From assembly GCA_963662405.2 (NCBI GenBank), contig CAXXKT010000001.1, positions 2,432,001 through 2,496,000 of the forward strand: a stretch of DNA of 64,000 nucleotides. Direction: 5' to 3'. The position numbers were made by a program, and so were the translations under genes. Positions 59,096 through 64,000 of this stretch are shown piece by piece. Numbering within the stretch: the first letter of the stretch is position 1; the number at the start of each line of letters is the position of its first letter. This stretch comes from Syntrophales bacterium (GTDB lineage Bacteria > Desulfobacterota > Syntrophia > Syntrophales > UBA2210). A model generated the notes under the pieces. The model searched no databases. It was not told the DNA's origin and worked only from the letters and a program-made list of their open reading frames with translations.

Positions 59096-59959
59096 ATGTC
59101 ATCACCGAACGTGATTATTACCGCAGCCCTGGCGGGGGCCGGTACCTATAAAAATCAGAATCCTCATGTGCCGTATACGTTGGAAGAATTTGCTGAAGAG
59201 GCCCATAAGTGCTGGAAGGCGGGGGCCGCTATGGTCCATGTGCATCCGCGGCAGGATGACGGTATTCCGACTCATGATATCGAAAGGGTCCGGGCGACAT
59301 ACGATGCCATCCGAGACCGCACGCCCGAGTTGATCGTCAATCTGAGTTCCGGTCTGGCGTTTGATACGACGAAGGAGAAACGATTGGAGCAGATCATTGC
59401 CGTCAAGCCGGAGATGGCGTCCCTCAACACGAATACCATGAATTTCAGCTTTTTTAATCGAAAAACCGGTGAACTTCTCAGCGACGGCGTTTTTGAGAAT
59501 ACCTTCACCATGCTTCAGGAGTTCGGCAGGACAATGGAGGAGAACGGGATCAAACCCGAGATCGAGGTGTACGATATGAGCGGTATCGATAACGCACTCC
59601 TGGTTGCCAAGCAGGGATTCTTCTCCGACCCCATGGTCTTCAATTTCGTGTGGGGGGTTGCCGGCGGTGCGGCATTCAGGGCCGATTCGTTTGTCGCCAT
59701 GATGCATGCCTTACCCCGGGGGGCCGTTTATACCACTTGTGGTGTGGGTCGCGAACAGTTTCCCTGTATCGCACAGTCCTGTCTCCTTGGGGGTCACATG
59801 CGGGTGGGTCTGGAAGACAATATCCGCATGCCGAACGGTGAACTGGCCAAGGGAAACTATGAACTCGTGGAGGTCGCGGTCAAAATGGCCGAATGTCTCG
59901 GGAGAGAGCCGGCAACGCCGGATAAAGCGCGTGAGATCATGGGGCTTGTGAAGAGATAG
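59096..59959 (+). CDS. Beta-keto acid cleavage enzyme family (Kce/DUF849)
   Basis: IITAALAG, GAAMVHVH, PEMASLN and GGHMRVGLED motifs. Confidence 0.92.
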   Translation: MSSPNVIITAALAGAGTYKNQNPHVPYTLEEFAEEAHKCWKAGAAMVHVHPRQDDGIPTHDIERVRATYDAIRDRTPELIVNLSSGLAFDTTKEKRLEQIIAVKPEMASLNTNTMNFSFFNRKTGELLSDGVFENTFTMLQEFGRTMEENGIKPEIEVYDMSGIDNALLVAKQGFFSDPMVFNFVWGVAGGAAFRADSFVAMMHALPRGAVYTTCGVGREQFPCIAQSCLLGGHMRVGLEDNIRMPNGELAKGNYELVEVAVKMAECLGREPATPDKAREIMGLVKR

Positions 59960-60163
59960 AGATACGGTATCATACGGATATAGCGTCCATCTCGATTTTC
60001 ACACCAGAGATGTGAAAGGGGAACCGGACCGAATCGGGTATGACCGGCCGTCGATCACGGGTCCCTCGCCTGGCGAGGATAAGAGAACAGCCGGCCGTGT
60101 GCAATGGGTTGCCACACGGCCGAGCAGTGGGACGAATCAAACGGTTTCGTTCCCCTTTGGCTA

Positions 60164-61759
60164 CTACCAGCAGTCGATATTGGGGCGTTTCTTGCCCGTG
60201 CGCCTTTCGGGTTTCGGCGCGGAGCGCAGGCCGGTCATGACCCACCGCCGCGTCTCGGCGGGGTCGATCACGTCGTCGATCTCCAGGGTTGCCGCCATGT
60301 TGATCGCTTTCCCGTGTTCGTAGTGCATCGCCACCAGTTCCTCGAACCGCTGTTCCCGTTTTTCGGGATCTGCGATTGCATCCAGTTCCTTTTTGAACCC
60401 GAGCCGCACGGCCCCTTCGAGTCCCATCCCGCCGAATTCGCCGGTGGGCCAGGCGACGATGAAATCGGAGATGTGGAAACTGCCGCCGGCCATGGCCATT
60501 GCGCCGAGGCCGTATCCCTTGCGCAGGACGACGCTGAGAATCGGGATGGTCGCATTGACGGCGTTCGTGAAGATCCGGCAGAAGTGACGGACCTGGGCCG
60601 TTTTCTCCGCCTCCGGTCCGACCATGAAGCCGGGGGTGTCGATCAGGACGAGCATCGGGATGTCGAAGGCATCGCATAACTGGATGAAGCGGGACAGCTT
60701 GTCGGCGCCGTTCGCGTCGACGGCACCGCCGAGGTGGAGGACGTTGTTCGCCACGAGGCCGACCGGTTTTCCCTCGATCCTGATCAGGGCCGTGATGATC
60801 CCGACACCGAATTCCCGTCGCAGTTCGAGGATGGAATCCGTATCGGCCAGGATGTTGATGACCTTCCGGACATCATAGGCCCGGCGGCGGCGCTCGGGGA
60901 TACAGTCACGCAGCAGAAGCTGATCGGGACATTCCCAGTCGGGGAGGTCGCCCTGGAAATAGGAGAGATATTTCTTGGCCGTCCGTACCGCGTCGGCATC
61001 GTCCTCGACGAGGATGTCGACGACGCCGTTGGGTGATTGTACCGACATGGGGCCGACCTGGTCGGGCCGGTATACCCCCAGCCCGCCCCCCTCGATCATC
61101 GCCGGACCGGCCATCCCGATATTGGAATTCTTGGTCGCGATGATCACGTCGCTCTGTCCCAATAGGGCCGCGTTTCCCGCAAAACAGTATCCGCTCACGA
61201 TCCCGACGACCGGGACGAGGCCGCTGAGGCGGGCGTAGTGCGAGAAGGACATGAACTCAAGCCCCGCCACGATTATCTGCATCATGTCCACATCGCCGGG
61301 TCGTCCGCCCCCTCCCTCGGCGAAGAGGATCGTCGGGAGCCGCCATTTGTAGGCGAGTTCAAGCATCCGGTCCTTTTTCTTGTGGTTGAACCACCCCTGG
61401 GTGCCCGCCAGGACGGTATAGTCGTATCCGATGACCATGCAGCGGGTCTCTTCACGGTCGAAGAGGTCGCCGTTGACGGAGCCGATCTCGGCAACCAGAC
61501 CGTCCGCCTGCGTTCGTTTGATCAACTCTTCCATCGGCAGGCGACCGCGCTGGGCGGCGAGGGTGAGAGATCCGTATTCGATGGAATCGTCCGGATCGAG
61601 AAAGTCCGCGATATTTTCGCGGATCGTGCGCTGTCCGGTCTTGCGGCGCTTTGCCACCGCTTCGGGACGCGCATCGTCCATCAGGATCTTGTGACGTTCC
61701 ATCACCTCAGCCAGTTCGGGCCGGATCGCATTCGGGTCTGTGCTCTTTCTGTCGCTCAC
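60164..61759 (-). CDS. Acyl-CoA carboxylase, carboxyltransferase subunit
   Basis: DYTVLAGTQG, EGGGGRPGD, DTPGFMVG and LRKGYGLG motifs. Confidence 0.92.
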   Translation of the reverse strand: MSDRKSTDPNAIRPELAEVMERHKILMDDARPEAVAKRRKTGQRTIRENIADFLDPDDSIEYGSLTLAAQRGRLPMEELIKRTQADGLVAEIGSVNGDLFDREETRCMVIGYDYTVLAGTQGWFNHKKKDRMLELAYKWRLPTILFAEGGGGRPGDVDMMQIIVAGLEFMSFSHYARLSGLVPVVGIVSGYCFAGNAALLGQSDVIIATKNSNIGMAGPAMIEGGGLGVYRPDQVGPMSVQSPNGVVDILVEDDADAVRTAKKYLSYFQGDLPDWECPDQLLLRDCIPERRRRAYDVRKVINILADTDSILELRREFGVGIITALIRIEGKPVGLVANNVLHLGGAVDANGADKLSRFIQLCDAFDIPMLVLIDTPGFMVGPEAEKTAQVRHFCRIFTNAVNATIPILSVVLRKGYGLGAMAMAGGSFHISDFIVAWPTGEFGGMGLEGAVRLGFKKELDAIADPEKREQRFEELVAMHYEHGKAINMAATLEIDDVIDPAETRRWVMTGLRSAPKPERRTGKKRPNIDCW

Positions 61760-62011
61760 GGTCTCTTCCTTTCGTATCTTCGGGATTTCGGTCGGGCCGG
61801 GGATCGTCCCGGATCGGTTTCACAATATCGCAGATGCTACCACTGTATAGGCCTGAAACGGGTTTGCTGTCAAGGGCTCCGTATCCAAAAGAAAAATCGT
61901 CCTTACATCACCACCGTGACTGCCATTACAGCATTTCGTTGACTCTCGGGGGCGTTCATCTTATAGTGCGTCACGGGGGGGATTTTTAACGGATGGGGGG
62001 TAAATCAGGGT

Positions 62012-63454
62012 ATGGGTGGTAGCGGCGTGTCTCTCGAAGAAGTGTTCTCCCCGCGGGGGGTCGCCGTGGTCGGGGCCTCCGAGGTGTCCATGGAAGGAAA
62101 AATTTCCTTCGGCGGACTAGTCGTTCTGGGCCTGATCATGGCTCGGTTTCCCGCCGTGTACCCCGTGAATCCGAGATTCGAGAAATTGCTCGATCTGCCC
62201 TGTTTCCCGGACCTGGTCAGCATCCCCGGTCCCGTTGATCATGTGGTGGTTACCATCCCGGCCGAGGGGAGCCTCGATCTCCTCGATCAATGCGCCGCCA
62301 AAGGCGTCCGGTCGGTGCACTTCTTTTCCGCCGGCTTTGGTGAGAGCGGCGAGAAGGATCGGGTGGATCTGGAACGGGCCATGTTGGAGCGGGCGCGGAT
62401 CGGCAATTTCCGGATCATCGGTCCGAACTGCGTGGGTATCTACGTTCCGAAGAACGGGGTGGTCAATGCCCCGAACCTTCCTCTGGAACCGGGACCCATC
62501 GCCTTCATCTCCCAGAGCGGCGGGCATGCCCAGACCCTCCCCGTCTTCGCGGCCGGCCGGGGCCTGCGGTACAGCAAGGTGGTCAGCTACGGGAACGCGC
62601 TGGACGTGGATGAGTGCGAGCTTCTCGATTACCTGGCCGAGGACCCGGAGACGGAGATCATCGCGGCCTATTTCGAGGGGGTGAGGGACGGACGCCGGTT
62701 TATCGATTCCATGGCGCGGGCGGCGCGTCGCAAACCGCTGATCGTCTATAAGGGGGGGAAAACGGAGGCGGGCAAGCGGGCCGCCTTCGGCCACACGGCC
62801 AGCATGACCAGTTCCACGACCCTCTTCGATGCCGCCTGCCGGCAGGTGAACGCGATCCCGGTCGATAACATCGAGGAGTTGATCGATACACTCGTGGCAC
62901 TGCGGTTCATGCGGTCGATTCCCGCCGGTCCCAACGCGGCCGTAGTCGGCGGGGGCGGCGGACCCAGCGTCCTCGCCAGTGACGATATGGAGATCGAGGG
63001 ACTCCGTGTCCCCCGTCTCTCATCCACGGTACAGGAAGAACTGAGGCGTTATCTCCCCCTGGCGGGGAGTATCTTTACCAACCCCGTCGATACGAACAAC
63101 ATGGTCGTCCCCGACGTCATCTCCTTTACCCTGCGGACCGTCGGCGGCTCGCCCGATATCGATATGATCATCTATCATCTCGGGTTTCATCCCATCGGGA
63201 GTTGGGGCATGGGGCGCTTTTCAACACCCTCCTTTCTCGACCCCGCCATCGAGGCCATCCTCGGTGCCCGTGAGGAGATCGGCAAACCGGTCCTGATGGC
63301 CCTCAGGCCTCCCCAGGACCTGGAGAGCATGAAGGAGTACCTGATGGTCCAGGAGGCCCTGGTAGAGGCGGGACTCCCCGTTTTTGTGTCACTGCGGGAT
63401 ATGGCGCGGGCCATCCATCGCATCATCACCTGGAAGGAGAGAAGAACTAAATGA
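62012..63454 (+). CDS. Acyl-CoA synthetase (ADP-forming) alpha-type CoA-binding subunit
   Basis: VAVVGAS, GPNCVG, SQSGG, GHTASM and NPVD motifs. Confidence 0.88.
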   Translation: MGGSGVSLEEVFSPRGVAVVGASEVSMEGKISFGGLVVLGLIMARFPAVYPVNPRFEKLLDLPCFPDLVSIPGPVDHVVVTIPAEGSLDLLDQCAAKGVRSVHFFSAGFGESGEKDRVDLERAMLERARIGNFRIIGPNCVGIYVPKNGVVNAPNLPLEPGPIAFISQSGGHAQTLPVFAAGRGLRYSKVVSYGNALDVDECELLDYLAEDPETEIIAAYFEGVRDGRRFIDSMARAARRKPLIVYKGGKTEAGKRAAFGHTASMTSSTTLFDAACRQVNAIPVDNIEELIDTLVALRFMRSIPAGPNAAVVGGGGGPSVLASDDMEIEGLRVPRLSSTVQEELRRYLPLAGSIFTNPVDTNNMVVPDVISFTLRTVGGSPDIDMIIYHLGFHPIGSWGMGRFSTPSFLDPAIEAILGAREEIGKPVLMALRPPQDLESMKEYLMVQEALVEAGLPVFVSLRDMARAIHRIITWKERRTK

Positions 63455-64000
63455 AACAGCGGTTCGTGGTTGGCCTGAGAATACTGGGCATCCTGGTTAT
63501 CGGTATCATCATTGCGGCCGGGTGGTATCTCAACAGGGCGATGCCCGTGGGTGTGGGGTATGTGGCAAAGTATCTCTGCTCCAGCACCTTTGTTTCACAG
63601 CGGGACCCCGATACCGTCTTTCAGGAGGACGTGAAACCGGTCAATCCCCTGGCGCACGTGATTCAATGGGAGGTCGACCGGGACGAACGGTCCGTGACGG
63701 CGTCAATGTTCGGGAAAGTGCCGGCGAAGGCCGTCTACCTTGAGGGGTGCGGCTGCACGCTGGTGCGCGGCGTGCCGGAAGAAACGGTGCGAAAGCAGAC
63801 ATTCTATGGTGCCGATCCGGAGAATCGTTTTCTCCGGCCCGACCCCGGCCGTCCCTGGCCGGGGGGGGACGGTCCGGCGGTCGATCCCGTCTCCCTGGGG
63901 GTGGACGGCGTGAAACTTGAGAAGGCGCTGGATGCGGCATTTGCCGAGCCGGGGCCCGATAAGGTCCGCAAGACCCGCGCCGTCGTGGTCGTCTATGACG
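63451..64000 (+). CDS. Probable serine hydrolase (beta-lactamase family), 3' end outside window
   Basis: MKQRFVVG...GYVAKYLCSSTFVS...GCGCTL...TRAVVVVYD, typical N-terminal part of this family; catalytic motif not reached. Confidence 0.7.
   Translation, partial: MKQRFVVGLRILGILVIGIIIAAGWYLNRAMPVGVGYVAKYLCSSTFVSQRDPDTVFQEDVKPVNPLAHVIQWEVDRDERSVTASMFGKVPAKAVYLEGCGCTLVRGVPEETVRKQTFYGADPENRFLRPDPGRPWPGGDGPAVDPVSLGVDGVKLEKALDAAFAEPGPDKVRKTRAVVVVYD

Overview
Bacterial chromosomal window, most consistent with an anaerobic deltaproteobacterium (Desulfobacterota/Syntrophales-like; inferred from gene content and order). 1-6.2 kb: housekeeping run argH-lipoprotein-lysA-dapA-dapB-folK-YHS-fsa-pgsA-tRNA-Gly-tRNA-Cys. 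6.15-15.74 kb: a ~9.5 kb element integrated in tRNA-Cys between 46-bp direct repeats. It encodes an integrase, replication initiator, helicase, small terminase, an HK97-type capsid protein and two probable capsid accessory proteins, but no portal, large terminase, tail or lysis genes, so it looks like a phage satellite. Its right end (14.45-15.54 kb) looks empty in the ORF track but holds five tandem LuxR/sigma-region-4-type HTH modules with different recognition helices; four carry a module-specific DNA motif twice. This is the best candidate for an undescribed system. The element also has a GGA-rich CsrB-like segment before the capsid gene, a five-hairpin segment and a cos-like site. 15.8-43 kb: ugd, glucosylglycerate-type osmolyte genes, acyl-CoA ligase, MFS, dinB, Fe-S proteins, AOR, a GEMM-I-like riboswitch ahead of an HTH-ExeA-TPR operon, trpB and a CoA transferase. 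43.3-53.1 kb: a candidate 53-aa selenoprotein, then an accessory/defence region punctuated by three copies of the 3' end of a ygbA-family gene (TA pair, nitroreductase, HNH-DGQH protein, type III R-M, rhuM remnant). 53-64 kb: metabolic genes. Several single-base frameshifts in short runs suggest assembly errors. All family calls come from motif recognition by eye; no searches were run.
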